Notes: generated by a model not told the origin, from the sequence alone. 53,779 bases of DNA from Chlamydiota bacterium (GCA_039179045.1 JBCDEZ010000003.1:1-53779); one strand, 5' to 3'. Shown: positions 18,829 to 29,102, counted from the first letter of the stretch. Numbers and translations: made by a program.

Positions 18829-19644
18829 TCAAACTGCATGGATCATGTTTTGTTTTTCCCCGCGATTTGCAAAGAATAGGGGAGTAGAGGGTTCATCTTG
18901 CTGCGCGACTATGATGGGAATATCGACCCCCTGGTTGCTTAGGAAAGAGTGCGTAGTATTGACCGCAAGCTCATGGGTGTTGCACTCAGAAGAGAGATGA
19001 GCGAGGTAGATCGCTCGCATACCAGGGTGATAAATTTTCCCCAGTAAATTGGCGCAAGAGGCGTTTGATAGGTGTCCTTGGTTCCCCAATACACGCACTT
19101 TGTAGGTGGAGGGGCGTTTCGATTTTTGCACCAATTCTGGATCGTGATTCGATTCAAGGTAGACGATATCGCAGAGGCGCAATTTTCTTTCTACCAAGCT
19201 TGAGACAAAGCCGAGATCTGTACAGATACCGATGGTGTGATTGCATACATTCACGCGAAGAGCTACCGGATCGAGAGTATCGTGAGAAATACTGAAAGGA
19301 TCGATGGAGAAATCCTTATAGGAAAAGGCTTCTCCCGTTGAAAAGATTTTGCACTTGAATGGGAATCCACCAAATCTATGACAGATCTCTTTTGCCGTGG
19401 AGAGGTTACAGAAAATCGGAATTCCCCACTTTTCCTGCAAGAGGCGAAGACCTGCGATGTGATCGTGGTGCTCGTGCGTTACCACAACTCCTTCAATCTC
19501 TTCCAAAGAAAAACCGTATTGAGTGAGAGCTGCACGGAGTCGTTTTGTAGAGATGCCAGCATCAATGAGGAGTCGAGTCTCTTTGCTTGCAATCAAAAGT
19601 GCGTTCCCTTTCGATCCCGAAGCTAATGGGAAAAATCCTTGCAT
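18829..19644 (-). CDS. MBL-fold metallo-hydrolase (YycJ/WalJ-like)
   Basis: Motifs LASGSKGN, LIDAG, THEHHDHI, ESNHD, GHLSN, LAHLSSECN. Confidence 0.92.
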   Translation of the reverse strand: MQGFFPLASGSKGNALLIASKETRLLIDAGISTKRLRAALTQYGFSLEEIEGVVVTHEHHDHIAGLRLLQEKWGIPIFCNLSTAKEICHRFGGFPFKCKIFSTGEAFSYKDFSIDPFSISHDTLDPVALRVNVCNHTIGICTDLGFVSSLVERKLRLCDIVYLESNHDPELVQKSKRPSTYKVRVLGNQGHLSNASCANLLGKIYHPGMRAIYLAHLSSECNTHELAVNTTHSFLSNQGVDIPIIVAQQDEPSTPLFFANRGEKQNMIHAV

Positions 19645-19727
19645 TACTATCCTAGAAAACCTCCCCACTCTAACAAATTTCAAAAAAATGGAGGAAGCTT
19701 TTTTCGGACAGACTCTCTTGTTTATTT

Positions 19728-20249
19728 TTGCAGAGATTTATTGGGACCGTAAAAGAGGAAAATGCCTCAAAACAGAATTGCTTTTTTCTGCGTTCATTGC
19801 AGATAATTCAGTACATGATGGCTTGTTGTGAGAGCTCACTCTCCTATTTACTGCGTGTTTACGACGATATTTCTCTAAGAATTTGCGTGCGTAGAATAGG
19901 AACATCGGTTGTGGTCACTTTTCTTGCAAATTCGTTTTTCACTATATCTGGTGAAAATCAATACACACAAGGCATTACAATTGCCCCTGCCCTTTGTTTT
20001 TTAGCAGCAAGCATTCATCTTTTGATACAGCCTATCTTTGTCTACACCTTTTCTGATATGTATCCCATGCGTCAAGGGGTGCAATTTCTATGGTCTGTTT
20101 ACACTGTGTTGCTGGTGGTGAACCGTTGTAAAGAATGGAGTGCCTACCTACACAAGGTAGATGGGACGTATTCTCTCATTGGTATTTGTTTTGTGAACCT
20201 AGGGATACTCCTCGATGAGAAGCCAGGTCTAGTCTATATTTTGGTATAA
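19728..20249 (+). CDS. Hypothetical multi-pass membrane protein (start uncertain, possibly ATG ~19816)
   Basis: AT-rich ORF with about 4 hydrophobic segments, filling the gap between two minus-strand genes. Confidence 0.5.
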   Translation: MQRFIGTVKEENASKQNCFFLRSLQIIQYMMACCESSLSYLLRVYDDISLRICVRRIGTSVVVTFLANSFFTISGENQYTQGITIAPALCFLAASIHLLIQPIFVYTFSDMYPMRQGVQFLWSVYTVLLVVNRCKEWSAYLHKVDGTYSLIGICFVNLGILLDEKPGLVYILV

Positions 20250-20314
20250 AAAGTCTTTACCGAAGACACACATCACTATCTAAAACGTATTTTGGATAGT
20301 AAAAAAGCAAGGAT

Positions 20315-20653
20315 CTACACAGAGGCTTTGGTAGCTTGTTTCCTACGTGCTCTTTTGCGAACACCCATCTTTTTAGGTAGGTTCTTCACAAAATCGCGAT
20401 TGAGCTTTGTAAAACGGAATAACTTTTCCTGGATCTGGTAGCGCGCTATCTTAGGAGGTTTTCTTCTCGATCCTGGGTGCTTGTCTGCGAGCTGCTGATC
20501 TACATGGAGCATGCGGGCTAACAAGCTTTCCTGTGTTCTTTCCAGGAGATTCTTTTCTACAGGCGATAGTTCTTTACCTTCCATCGCTTCTGCGTTTTCT
20601 ATCAATCGGTCAATAGTAGCATCAATCTCTATGAGTAAATCTTCACCAAACAC
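20315..20653 (-). CDS. Hypothetical helical protein (112 aa)
   Basis: GTG start after GGAAG. Acidic helical N-terminus (IDATIDRLIENAE...TQESLLARMLH) and basic C-terminus. Confidence 0.7.
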   Translation of the reverse strand: MFGEDLLIEIDATIDRLIENAEAMEGKELSPVEKNLLERTQESLLARMLHVDQQLADKHPGSRRKPPKIARYQIQEKLFRFTKLNRDFVKNLPKKMGVRKRARRKQATKASV

Positions 20654-21010
20654 GGTCTACTTCCCTATTTCCTTTACTCATACTTATTTTATTTTTCACT
20701 TATTTTTGTCAATACTTCTATGCATTTTTTTGGTTAATCTAGCTTTTTCAATCCGATTAAACCGAAAAACGATTGGAAGAGGAAAAATTCGTCTACATTT
20801 TGCTTTGTTGATTAAAAGAGTTGGGCTCGGAATATATCCTGTCTTTTTTAGAGGAAATAAGGGGTTTTCTGCGATGCATTGTTCCTTTGTAAAAAGGGCG
20901 TGTTCCTGGAGAAATGGAAGTAGGTAGAAATTTTGCGTATTCACTACGCGCTCGAGAAAAAAGATTTTATCAATAGAGCTTCATAAAAGAAACCAAGCGG
21001 AAAAACATTG

Positions 21011-21144
21011 TATACCCATCTTGACTGAAGAGTTGAGTAAAGAAGTTCTTGTGGAGGCAAAAAGGCGGGATTTTTGTACAAGGTTCTTGATGACTTATTT
21101 GACTCCAGCAAGAAAAAGAAGCTCTGAAAAAGCAACACAAATAA
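21011..21144 (+). mobile_element. IS630 left end (IRL) with frameshifted transposase N-terminus
   Basis: TATACCCATCTTGACTGAAGAG matches the MITE left end. ATG at 21090 reads MTYLTPA/EKEALKKQHK after removing one base, resembling IS630 transposase N-termini. Confidence 0.75.
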
Positions 21145-21361
21145 ATAGCGAGACTGGATGAAGGCTTTGATTTTTCGAGATAAAAGTGGGATTTTTCATC
21201 AAATTGCTGACGACCTCCTCTCACACGTTCGAGACTACGAAGTAGTCTACTAAAAATGTGGATTTTTGGTGAGGGATGACGGATAAAGAGAAATTCGCAT
21301 GAGGATCAGGGGAGCCGTTGTCAATAACACAACGGATAGGATAGGCATTTTGCCGAAAAAA

Positions 21362-21437
21362 TGGGTGACCGACGGGACTTGAACCCGCGACCCTTGGAAT
21401 CACAATCCAATGCTCTACCGACTGAGCTACGGCCACC
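21362..21437 (-). tRNA. tRNA-His (GTG)
   Basis: GGTGGCCGTAGCTCAGTCGGTAGAGCATTGGATTGTGATTCCAAGGGTCGCGGGTTCAAGTCCCGTCGGTCACCCA folds as a cloverleaf with GTG anticodon and encoded G-1. Confidence 0.97.
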
Positions 21438-21443
21438 GTAAAA

Positions 21444-22892
21444 TCAGTCTATATGATACCGAAAACAGGGATCTCCTTGCAAGGCAAACCCAGCAAAAAG
21501 AAGGAGAGCTACCCAAAAAAATGCCCCCTCGGAAGAAATACTTTGCCCATACACGCAGGTTTGGCAACAGACGGGAGCATAAAGACAAATATTGAGTGCG
21601 CTATCGGTGATGCTGACCAATCCCTTTCCAAAGGAGGAAAAAAATGCAAGAGGCCAAAAAAGCGCCCAAAGGCCCATCAAGATGCCGATTATCCCAGGAA
21701 AAAATAGGTTGTAGAGCATCCCTGAATACGCAAAAGTGGAGAAGTGTGCGATGACAACAGGAAATGTCAAAAAGTAAACGGAGAGGGTCGCGCTCAAGGC
21801 CTGTTGCAGATAAGAAGACCAGCAGAGAAGAATATTATTCCACTTATACGGTCTTATTGAGGCATTCAGGTAGATTGCAAGAGTTTTTCGGATGCGGGGG
21901 TAAAAGAGAAGAAGAGCAAAGCAGCTGAGGTAACTCAACTGGAAACTGGGGGAAAATAGTGTGCTTGGCTGCACGAGCAACGAGACGATTAAAGAAATAC
22001 CAAGAAGATTGTAACTACAAACTCTTTTGCCAAAAAGTTCGGCAAGGAAATAAAGAGCAATCACGCAAAAAGCACGGAGACTGGAGGGAGAGTTTTGTAG
22101 CAAAAGAGCGTAGCTTCCTAAAAAGAGCAACGGGAACAAAGTACCCAAACGAAAAGAGCAAAACCTTCGAAAAAGCGGCGTCAAAAGAGCAGCAATGAGG
22201 CAGAAATGAAATCCCGAGATCGCCAGAATATGGGAGAGTCCCAGCCTCTGAAATCCGTGGATCAAAGAAATTTGCTCCTTTTTCCCCAAAAAAAAAGTCC
22301 GTAGAAAAGCTGCGCTCTTTTTCGAAGGGACTTGTTTGGTGATCCATCCACTGCATGCTTCGAGTGCCTGCCAGCGCGCCACTAGCCAGGAATTTTTTTT
22401 GAGAGGATGGATCGGTTTTTTCAAGGTGAGAGCGCATTGGTACGGGCTTATATTTTTGCAGACACCCTCAACTAGGCAAGGACCGAGAGGCTTGGGTAGA
22501 TAAGGTAGGCGCAAGGTTGTGTGCAAAAGCCTCCCCTCTACTTGCAATGTTCCTCTTAGAGTCCATCCTTGAGAAAAATGCGTGCATCTTTTTTCAATGA
22601 CCTGAGGAAAAAAACCCCCTCGTACGTAAGCCGGTTGCTCAAATGGATAAGGAAGAGGTGCGTAGAAATAGTAGGAAAAAAAAAGAGGCAATGCGTAGAA
22701 AAACCGGATCGGATAGATAAGAATGGAGCAAAATGTCACTGCCAAAAGTAGGTAAGAGGGGGACATCTTCCAAGCAGCTGCTAAAAGCAGGACCAGACCT
22801 AGAAAAAGACAAGGAGCGTCTTGAGCAATTCTTGCAAAGCGCGCTTGAATATGCGCGTACATGAAAAAGGGCAAAAAGAGGCGTTTTCTCAC
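21444..22892 (-). CDS. comEC: ComEC/Rec2 family DNA uptake membrane protein (no MBL domain)
   Basis: Motifs GLSHILAISGFHF, SPSSLRA, SFQLSY, plus multiple TM segments. Confidence 0.9.
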   Translation of the reverse strand: MRKRLFLPFFMYAHIQARFARIAQDAPCLFLGLVLLLAAAWKMSPSYLLLAVTFCSILIYPIRFFYALPLFFSYYFYAPLPYPFEQPAYVRGGFFPQVIEKRCTHFSQGWTLRGTLQVEGRLLHTTLRLPYLPKPLGPCLVEGVCKNISPYQCALTLKKPIHPLKKNSWLVARWQALEACSGWITKQVPSKKSAAFLRTFFLGKKEQISLIHGFQRLGLSHILAISGFHFCLIAALLTPLFRRFCSFRLGTLFPLLFLGSYALLLQNSPSSLRAFCVIALYFLAELFGKRVCSYNLLGISLIVSLLVQPSTLFSPSFQLSYLSCFALLLFYPRIRKTLAIYLNASIRPYKWNNILLCWSSYLQQALSATLSVYFLTFPVVIAHFSTFAYSGMLYNLFFPGIIGILMGLWALFWPLAFFSSFGKGLVSITDSALNICLYAPVCCQTCVYGQSISSEGAFFWVALLLFAGFALQGDPCFRYHID

Positions 22893-22996
22893 ATTGCTGC
22901 CTACCTAGATCTAGTACTGAACGCTACGATATCTGGTTTAGAGGAAGAAATCCACTCGAAAAGTCTAGCAAGGCAGGCTTGAGATCTTTCGCCTAA

Positions 22997-24265
22997 CTAT
23001 TTGTCTGGCATCAGTTCATCATCGAGAGATTTGGTGATCAGGCGCGCCCCTCTTTGAGAAGAGTAATAGGCAAAAATCCATTGAGCGAGGACACTTAGCC
23101 GGTTTCTGAAGCCAATCAGGTAGACAATATGAATAAAAGACCAAGCAAGCCATGCGAGAAGACCCTTGAATGGGATGCCTTTGAAAAGGCCAACCGCCTT
23201 CGATTTTCCCACCGTAGCCATACTCCCTTTATCGAAGTACTTGAAGGGGGAACGGTTCTTTTTTTTGATCCGCTTTTTGATGAGCCTTGCTACATACTTC
23301 CCCTGCTGGATCGCGACGGGAGCTAGTGCAGGCAAAGGTTGACCTTTCTTATCATGTACTAGAGCTGCATCTCCTAGAACAAAGATATTGGGAAACTCGG
23401 GGATGCTAAGGTCTTCTTCCACGACAGCTCTTCCTGCTCGATCCAGTGGTGTCTCTAAACTCTTGAGTAGGGGAGAGGCCTGGTTGCCCGCTGCCCAAAC
23501 AATGTTCTTCGTTTCGATAAATTGCCCATCGAAATAGACTCCCTCGTCGGTGATATTGCTCACCCGCTTACCTGTCATTACTACAACACCAAATTTTTCC
23601 AGGTATCTTTCTGCCGTTTTGGAAAGGCTAGCGGGATAGAAAGGTAAGATGTGATCGGCACCCTCGATCAGGTAAATCTTCGTATTTTTCACATTGATGC
23701 GACGAAAGTTTTTGATCATGGTATCATAAGCGATCTCTGCAATTGCTCCTGCCATTTCGACACCTGTAGGGCCACCACCTACAATGACAAAGTTGAGGTA
23801 TTTGCGCGCCTCCGAAATGCTATCGGAGCGCTCCGCTTTTTCAAAGGATATCAAGATTTTCTCCCGAATGGTAAGCGCATCGTCTAACGTTTTCAAGCCA
23901 GGGGCGTGCTCTTCCCACGCATCTTTTTGAAAGTAAGAGTGCCGTGCTCCTGTAGCTACGATTAGGTAATCGAATGCCAAGTCATCTCCATTTTTCAGAT
24001 GGATGACCTGCTCTTTCTTGTCGATGCGTACCACTTCCCCCATTACTACTGTGATGTTTTGGTATTTCCGGAGCACCTCTCGAATAGGAGCTGCCACATC
24101 CGCAGGAGATAGTCCTGCTGTAGCGACTTGATACAAAAGAGGTTGGAAAAGGTGGTGGTTGGTCTTGTCAAGAAGCCAAATATCGAGTTTTGCTCCCCCT
24201 AGTTTCTTCGCTGCGGCAAGACCCGCAAACCCTCCACCAATAATGACAACGCGCGCATAAGCCAT
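22997..24265 (-). CDS. ndh: Type II NADH:quinone oxidoreductase (NDH-2 family)
   Basis: Motifs GGGFAGL, HLFQPLLYQVAT, VGGGPTGVEMAG, WAAG, AIQQG, FKYFDKGSMATVG. Confidence 0.93.
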   Translation of the reverse strand: MAYARVVIIGGGFAGLAAAKKLGGAKLDIWLLDKTNHHLFQPLLYQVATAGLSPADVAAPIREVLRKYQNITVVMGEVVRIDKKEQVIHLKNGDDLAFDYLIVATGARHSYFQKDAWEEHAPGLKTLDDALTIREKILISFEKAERSDSISEARKYLNFVIVGGGPTGVEMAGAIAEIAYDTMIKNFRRINVKNTKIYLIEGADHILPFYPASLSKTAERYLEKFGVVVMTGKRVSNITDEGVYFDGQFIETKNIVWAAGNQASPLLKSLETPLDRAGRAVVEEDLSIPEFPNIFVLGDAALVHDKKGQPLPALAPVAIQQGKYVARLIKKRIKKKNRSPFKYFDKGSMATVGKSKAVGLFKGIPFKGLLAWLAWSFIHIVYLIGFRNRLSVLAQWIFAYYSSQRGARLITKSLDDELMPDK

Positions 24266-24551
24266 GCCGATTTAGTCCCCTTTTTTCTTCAAACTACAAG
24301 AATTCCTCGCACTTTGCAAAATATTTTATACAAAAACGCGTCTCTTGGAAAAGTATACATGGATCTAAGTATGGATGGGGGCATTTGCAGAAGCCGCATC
24401 CTTGAAAAAAGAGGGGTATGTGAAATTCTCGGAAAACTTATACGAAATTCTTGGTTTTTTTTCCTCTTTTTTGTAACGTTTGGTATGAAAATTATCTCCG
24501 ATCTCTGTGGGAAATTGTAAAGAGCATCCCACTCCCCAACCCATTTAGCCT

Positions 24552-25529
24552 ATGTATTTAGTGAAAGATTTTTACAGAAATTTTCAGGAGGAGTTAGGTC
24601 TCAAGCTACTCGTGGGAGAGGAGGGGTTAAAAAGAACTATTCGAAAGCCCGAAGCGCAGCGGCCAGGCCTTAGCTTATCGGGTTATACACCCCATCTGGT
24701 GAAAAATCGTATTTTGATCTTCGGAAAAACTGAGTTAGGTTATTTGCGGGGGATGGAAGAGTCTCTCAGAACGAATCGGCTGCGCGATATTTTTTCCGAG
24801 CAGACCCCTGCTGTGATTGTGGCAGGAGGCCGCAAGGGCATCCGTGCTTTGAATGCTTACTGCAAGGCGACAGATATTCCCTTTTTCCAGTCCCAACTTT
24901 CTGCCAATGATCTAGTGGCAAAAATTCCCCTTCTACTCGAAGAGGAATTTTCCCCTTCGACTATGATGCATGGTACCTTGGTTGAGGTCTTTGGAATGGG
25001 TGTTTTGATCCAAGGGGAGTCCTCTATAGGCAAGAGTGAAGCCGCTCTTGGTCTGATCGAACGTGGTCACCGGCTGATTTCTGATGATGTGGTCAAAGTG
25101 TACAAGAAAGAAGGGGCTCACCTGATCGGATATGGTCCTGATTTAACGCGCCATCTAATGGAGATCCGTGGCATCGGCATCATCAACGTAGCGCAGATTT
25201 ACGGATACCGCTCAGTAGGACCGGAAAAACCCATAGAGATTTTGATCAAAATTGAGGAGTGGGACAATGACCGATTTTACGATCGCGTGGGACTTGAAGA
25301 GAAATTTTGTTACATTTTAGGCAATCGGATTCCTTTCCGGCTCTTACCGGTAAAACCGGGTAGGGATGTGGTTCTTTTGATCGAGACTGTTGTCTCCGAC
25401 TACCGTTTGAAACGGATGGGGTACCATGCTCCTGAAGAGTTCAATGCGAATCTGTTGCAAGCGATTGCCAAACGACAGATAATGAGATCGATGCATGAAG
25501 TACGTCCTGGAAGTGGTGAAAATACGTAA
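24552..25529 (+). CDS. hprK: HPr kinase/phosphorylase
   Basis: Motifs QRPGLSLSGY, HGTLVEVFGMGVLIQGESSIGKSE, GHRLISDDVV, MEIRGIGIIN, PVKPGR. Confidence 0.96.
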   Translation: MYLVKDFYRNFQEELGLKLLVGEEGLKRTIRKPEAQRPGLSLSGYTPHLVKNRILIFGKTELGYLRGMEESLRTNRLRDIFSEQTPAVIVAGGRKGIRALNAYCKATDIPFFQSQLSANDLVAKIPLLLEEEFSPSTMMHGTLVEVFGMGVLIQGESSIGKSEAALGLIERGHRLISDDVVKVYKKEGAHLIGYGPDLTRHLMEIRGIGIINVAQIYGYRSVGPEKPIEILIKIEEWDNDRFYDRVGLEEKFCYILGNRIPFRLLPVKPGRDVVLLIETVVSDYRLKRMGYHAPEEFNANLLQAIAKRQIMRSMHEVRPGSGENT

Positions 25530-25770
25530 CGCCTTGGGATTGCATACACGTCCGGCTACCGTGATTGTTCAGCTGCTCGAGAAATTTAGTGCGAAGGTAG
25601 AGTTTGTCTACTACAAACAGCGCATCAACGCAAGGAGTGTCATGGAGATTTTGTCCTTAGCCGTTCAGAAAAATGAGCAGATTACCATCAGAGTGCTCGG
25701 TGTTGACGCAGAACTAGCCATGCAGGCACTTCTCGATGCGTTTGCGAATAAATTTGGGGAAATCCATTGA
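25495..25770 (+). CDS. ptsH: Phosphocarrier protein HPr
   Basis: GLHTRPA (His15) and NARSVMEILSL (Ser46). Confidence 0.95.
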   Translation: MKYVLEVVKIRNALGLHTRPATVIVQLLEKFSAKVEFVYYKQRINARSVMEILSLAVQKNEQITIRVLGVDAELAMQALLDAFANKFGEIH

Positions 25771-27518
25771 AAAAAGAACATATACTGAAAGGGATTTCTC
25801 TTAGCAAAGGAGTGGTTTGGGGTAAGCCCTACTTTTTAAAAAAAGATGAAGCTTCCCACTCTTTGCAATCGAAAAAGATCAACGTGGAGCGCGAAGTATC
25901 CCGCTTTCGCAATGCGCTTGGCCTTTCCCGTACCGATTTGCACCTTTTGCAGAAGTCTTTTTTGCAAGAGGGGAGTACAGAGGTTGCTGAGATTTTGGAT
26001 ACTCACCTGGCGATGCTCCAAGATCCTTTTATGAATCAGGTGGAAGAAAAGATCCGTAGTAGTGGCAACGTCCCTGCGGAATCCGTATTTCTCAAGGTAA
26101 TTTCAGATTACAAACACAAAGTATCGGCAAATAAAAGTGCAGTATTCCAAGAGCGGATCGTTGATGTGACCGACGTGTCTAGAAGAATTTTGAGTCATTT
26201 GGGTCCCTTTGGTAAGGTGGATCTCAAAGGGATTGCTCCCGGTTCGATTTTGATCGCTGAAGAGATGGCGCCCTCTATTGTGGCAGAGCTTGGTACTGAG
26301 CGGGTGCTTGGCTTGATCTCACAAAAAGGAGGAGCGCTGTCACATAGCGCCATCATCGCAAAAGTGCAGGCACTTCCCTATGTGGCCAAGATCGATATTG
26401 CCCAGATTCAAGGGGTAGAAGAGGTCTTGGTTGATGGGGAAAAAGGGCTTGTTATTCTCGACCCCTCCTCTCAGACAAAAGAGCGGTACAATCAGCTGAA
26501 AAAAAGCAAAGAGCAGATGCACGAGGAATGGGAAAATCTGTCCACTTCGGAGGCAAAAACAGAAGATGGTTCTTTGGTGGAGGTTTGGAATACAGTCGAT
26601 TGCGTTGAGCAATGCACCTCACTTCATCGCTATCGGGCAAAGGGGATTGGTCTCTACCGTTCGGAGCTTTTAGCTCTCGCCCAAAATGCCTTTCCTTCCG
26701 AAAAGGCGCAGTTTTTATTCTACGCATCTCTTTTGAAAAAAGCAGAGGGCAAGCCTGTAACAATTCGGGTGTTCGATCTCGGAGGAGACAAGCAGCTCAA
26801 TGGAGATTCTAGACCGGTCGCAAAAAGCTCTTTCGGGAATCGCGGTCTCCGTTTTTTACTACGCGAGCGAGCGCTTTTTACGACCCAAATGCGCGCTCTT
26901 CTGCGCGCATCGAGACTGGGCTCTTTGCGGATTCTTCTGCCTATGGTTGCCGATGCAGGAGATTTACAGGCCGTGCGAGGGCATCTCGTAACCCTCCTCA
27001 AAGAGTTGCAAGAAGGAGACAGGGTCTGCTTTCCTCCGCTTTGCTTGGGTCCGATGATCGAGCTGCCTTCTGCTGCGATTCTTATCGATTCGATTGCAAA
27101 AGAGTCGGATTTTCTCTCGATTGGTTCGAACGATCTTGTACAGTATACTCTTGCGGTCGATCGGGAAGATGCCTCAATCGATAGCGAGTACTCTGCTTAC
27201 CACCCGAGTATATTGCGACTCCTTAGACGAGTAGCGCGTGTTGGAAAAGAGCAGGGCAAGCATCTGCTTTTATGTGGGGAGTTTGCGGGAGAGCAAAAAG
27301 CTCTTCCTCTCATTTTGGGACTGGGGATCGAAGCGATCTCTGTGCCTGTGGGCCAGGTAGGGGTAATCAAGCACATGATCGGTAGGATTGCGATGGAAGA
27401 GGCGCATCTTTTAGCCGAACAGGCACTTAAGCAAGAGAGCGCATCCCAGGTCGTTTCTCTTGTAGAGAGGTGGTTTAGAACATTTCCGGTTTCTGAGAAG
27501 ACTTCTCATCTACTATAG
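25767..27518 (+). CDS. ptsI: PTS enzyme I (PEP-protein phosphotransferase)
   Basis: Motifs GGALSHSAIIA (phospho-His), GIGLYRSE, DLGGDK, MIELP, SIGSNDLVQYTLAVDR, CGE. Confidence 0.96.
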   Translation: MKKEHILKGISLSKGVVWGKPYFLKKDEASHSLQSKKINVEREVSRFRNALGLSRTDLHLLQKSFLQEGSTEVAEILDTHLAMLQDPFMNQVEEKIRSSGNVPAESVFLKVISDYKHKVSANKSAVFQERIVDVTDVSRRILSHLGPFGKVDLKGIAPGSILIAEEMAPSIVAELGTERVLGLISQKGGALSHSAIIAKVQALPYVAKIDIAQIQGVEEVLVDGEKGLVILDPSSQTKERYNQLKKSKEQMHEEWENLSTSEAKTEDGSLVEVWNTVDCVEQCTSLHRYRAKGIGLYRSELLALAQNAFPSEKAQFLFYASLLKKAEGKPVTIRVFDLGGDKQLNGDSRPVAKSSFGNRGLRFLLRERALFTTQMRALLRASRLGSLRILLPMVADAGDLQAVRGHLVTLLKELQEGDRVCFPPLCLGPMIELPSAAILIDSIAKESDFLSIGSNDLVQYTLAVDREDASIDSEYSAYHPSILRLLRRVARVGKEQGKHLLLCGEFAGEQKALPLILGLGIEAISVPVGQVGVIKHMIGRIAMEEAHLLAEQALKQESASQVVSLVERWFRTFPVSEKTSHLL

Positions 27519-27759
27519 CGGAAGCTGCGTTGAACGCTTCGAGGAGGAGATCTTCTAGTCCCTCGATATCCTCTCGATCGACACAGTCTGGATGGATCTC
27601 GATTTTCTGCACTTTTTTCTCCCCATTCATCGTCACTTTCACCAGTTCGCCTCCTGCGCTTGCTGTGATTTCCAAGTGCTTCATTTCCTCTTGGAACTGT
27701 TGCATTTGTGCTTGCATAAGTTTTGCTTTTTTCTTCATTTTGGCATAGCCAGATCCCAT
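27475..27759 (-). CDS. ybaB: YbaB/EbfC nucleoid-associated protein
   Basis: Motif AGGELVKVTMNGEK...DIEGLEDLL. Directly downstream of dnaX. Confidence 0.93.
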   Translation of the reverse strand: MGSGYAKMKKKAKLMQAQMQQFQEEMKHLEITASAGGELVKVTMNGEKKVQKIEIHPDCVDREDIEGLEDLLLEAFNAASAIVDEKSSQKPEMF

Positions 27760-27776
27760 ATGATCTCCTTCGTATA

Positions 27777-29102
27777 CTATTGTTCTAGGCGTCCTTCCAG
27801 TACTACAGAGGCGAAGCGCAAGAGCGTGTCTTGACGCACTTTTTCCTGTAGGGAAGTGTTTTTTTTTGCAGGTGTTGGTGTGTCTAATGAAAAGGACAAA
27901 GGAACAAGCTCCAAAGGAGAGGGCTTTTCGGGAGGTGGGGGCTGTGGTTTGCTCTCCTCTTGTGGTGGAATTTTCGCGGAGTTGCTATTGCCCTTTTCGA
28001 GTAAAGAGCTGCGCAGTGTCTCGAGTCTCTCGAGCAGTTCGGATAGGGAAACGCGCTTCTGCGCGCGCAAAATATCCAAAAAAAGCATTTCCAAGGTCAA
28101 CAGCGGGTGTGTTGTTTTCGGAAGAGTCGCTTGCGCTTTTTGCACAGCATCGAATAAGTGCAAGAGCGTATCTTGCGCGTACGGAGTGGACTTTTTCTCG
28201 AGGCATCGCAGAAAGTGGTTGCGAAAGTGGACGAATAGCTGCTCCAAAAAGTAGCTAAGATCTTTGCCCTGCTCGAGGAGCTGGCGTGCAAAGGAAAAAG
28301 GGAAGTGGTAGTTTTGCTCCAAGACGGCTTGATCGATCGCTAAAAAGTCCTCAGCTGAGCTCATTCCAAGGGCCGCGAATAGAGTTTCTTTTTCAATCGC
28401 GCCTGTCGTGTAGGAAAAGAGTTGCTCTAAGAGAGACTCGGCATCGCGTAGAGAGCCTTCAGCTCTTCTAGATAGAATTTCGAGAGCCTCTGGTGCTACG
28501 TTTCTCTGTAGGGACTGCGCAATGTGAGCGAGTTTTTTGCAGCAGACCTTCTCTGAGATTCTAGCAAGATCAAAGCGCTGACATCGACTCAAAATCGTGG
28601 GTAGAACTTTGTGAGGCTCGGTTGTAGCAAAGAAGAACTTCACCTGCTCTGGAGGCTCTTCAAGAGTTTTGAGTAAAGCATTGAACGCCTCTTTCGTCAA
28701 CATGTGCACTTCATCGATGATGTAGATCTTCCATTGAGATGAGGAGGGGGCGTAGATCGTCGTTTCGTTCAAAGAGCGAATATCATCGATACCTCGGTGC
28801 GACGCCCCATCAATTTCGATCACATCCAGCGAGCTGCCCGATTGGATCGCGCAGCAAGAACTGCAAGTCCCACAAGGTTCGATGCCCTGGGGATCGGTAC
28901 AGCAAAGAGCCTTTGCTAAAATACGTGCGAGAGTCGTTTTCCCCGAACCGCGCGCCCCTGCAAAAAGGTAGGCATGCGCCAAACGGTTTTCCGCAAGAGC
29001 GTTGCTCAAAGTAGTAACAACGGGGTTTTGGCCCAGAACTTCGGAAAATTTCTGCGGGCGAAATGTTCTTGCTACGCTCTGATAAGAAGGCGATTTCGAC
29101 AT
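27777..29102 (-). CDS. dnaX: DNA polymerase III subunit gamma/tau
   Basis: Motifs RPQKFSEVLGQ, GARGSGKTT, zinc cysteines, IIDEVHML, FNALLKTLEEPP, TILSRCQ. Confidence 0.97.
   Translation of the reverse strand: MSKSPSYQSVARTFRPQKFSEVLGQNPVVTTLSNALAENRLAHAYLFAGARGSGKTTLARILAKALCCTDPQGIEPCGTCSSCCAIQSGSSLDVIEIDGASHRGIDDIRSLNETTIYAPSSSQWKIYIIDEVHMLTKEAFNALLKTLEEPPEQVKFFFATTEPHKVLPTILSRCQRFDLARISEKVCCKKLAHIAQSLQRNVAPEALEILSRRAEGSLRDAESLLEQLFSYTTGAIEKETLFAALGMSSAEDFLAIDQAVLEQNYHFPFSFARQLLEQGKDLSYFLEQLFVHFRNHFLRCLEKKSTPYAQDTLLHLFDAVQKAQATLPKTTHPLLTLEMLFLDILRAQKRVSLSELLERLETLRSSLLEKGNSNSAKIPPQEESKPQPPPPEKPSPLELVPLSFSLDTPTPAKKNTSLQEKVRQDTLLRFASVVLEGRLEQ

Noticed and set aside
18595-18879. 94-aa plus-strand ORF after rseP
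   Set aside because: No recognisable motif or RBS, and it overlaps the end of the MBL hydrolase gene. The other frames have stops. Unsupported.
20970-21224. ORFs sharing the peptide FCL.KNFFTQ.FSQDGY (also 39729-39998) as a protein family
   Set aside because: The similarity is just the antisense translation of the IS630/MITE left end.
21221-21436. 71-aa ORF MAVAQSVEHWIVIP...
   Set aside because: It is a translation of the tRNA-His gene.
27859-27867. A9 run near the 3' end of dnaX as a programmed slippage site for a gamma subunit
   Set aside because: A/T runs of 8-9 are common in this window (e.g. twice in comEC), and I see no stimulatory structure.
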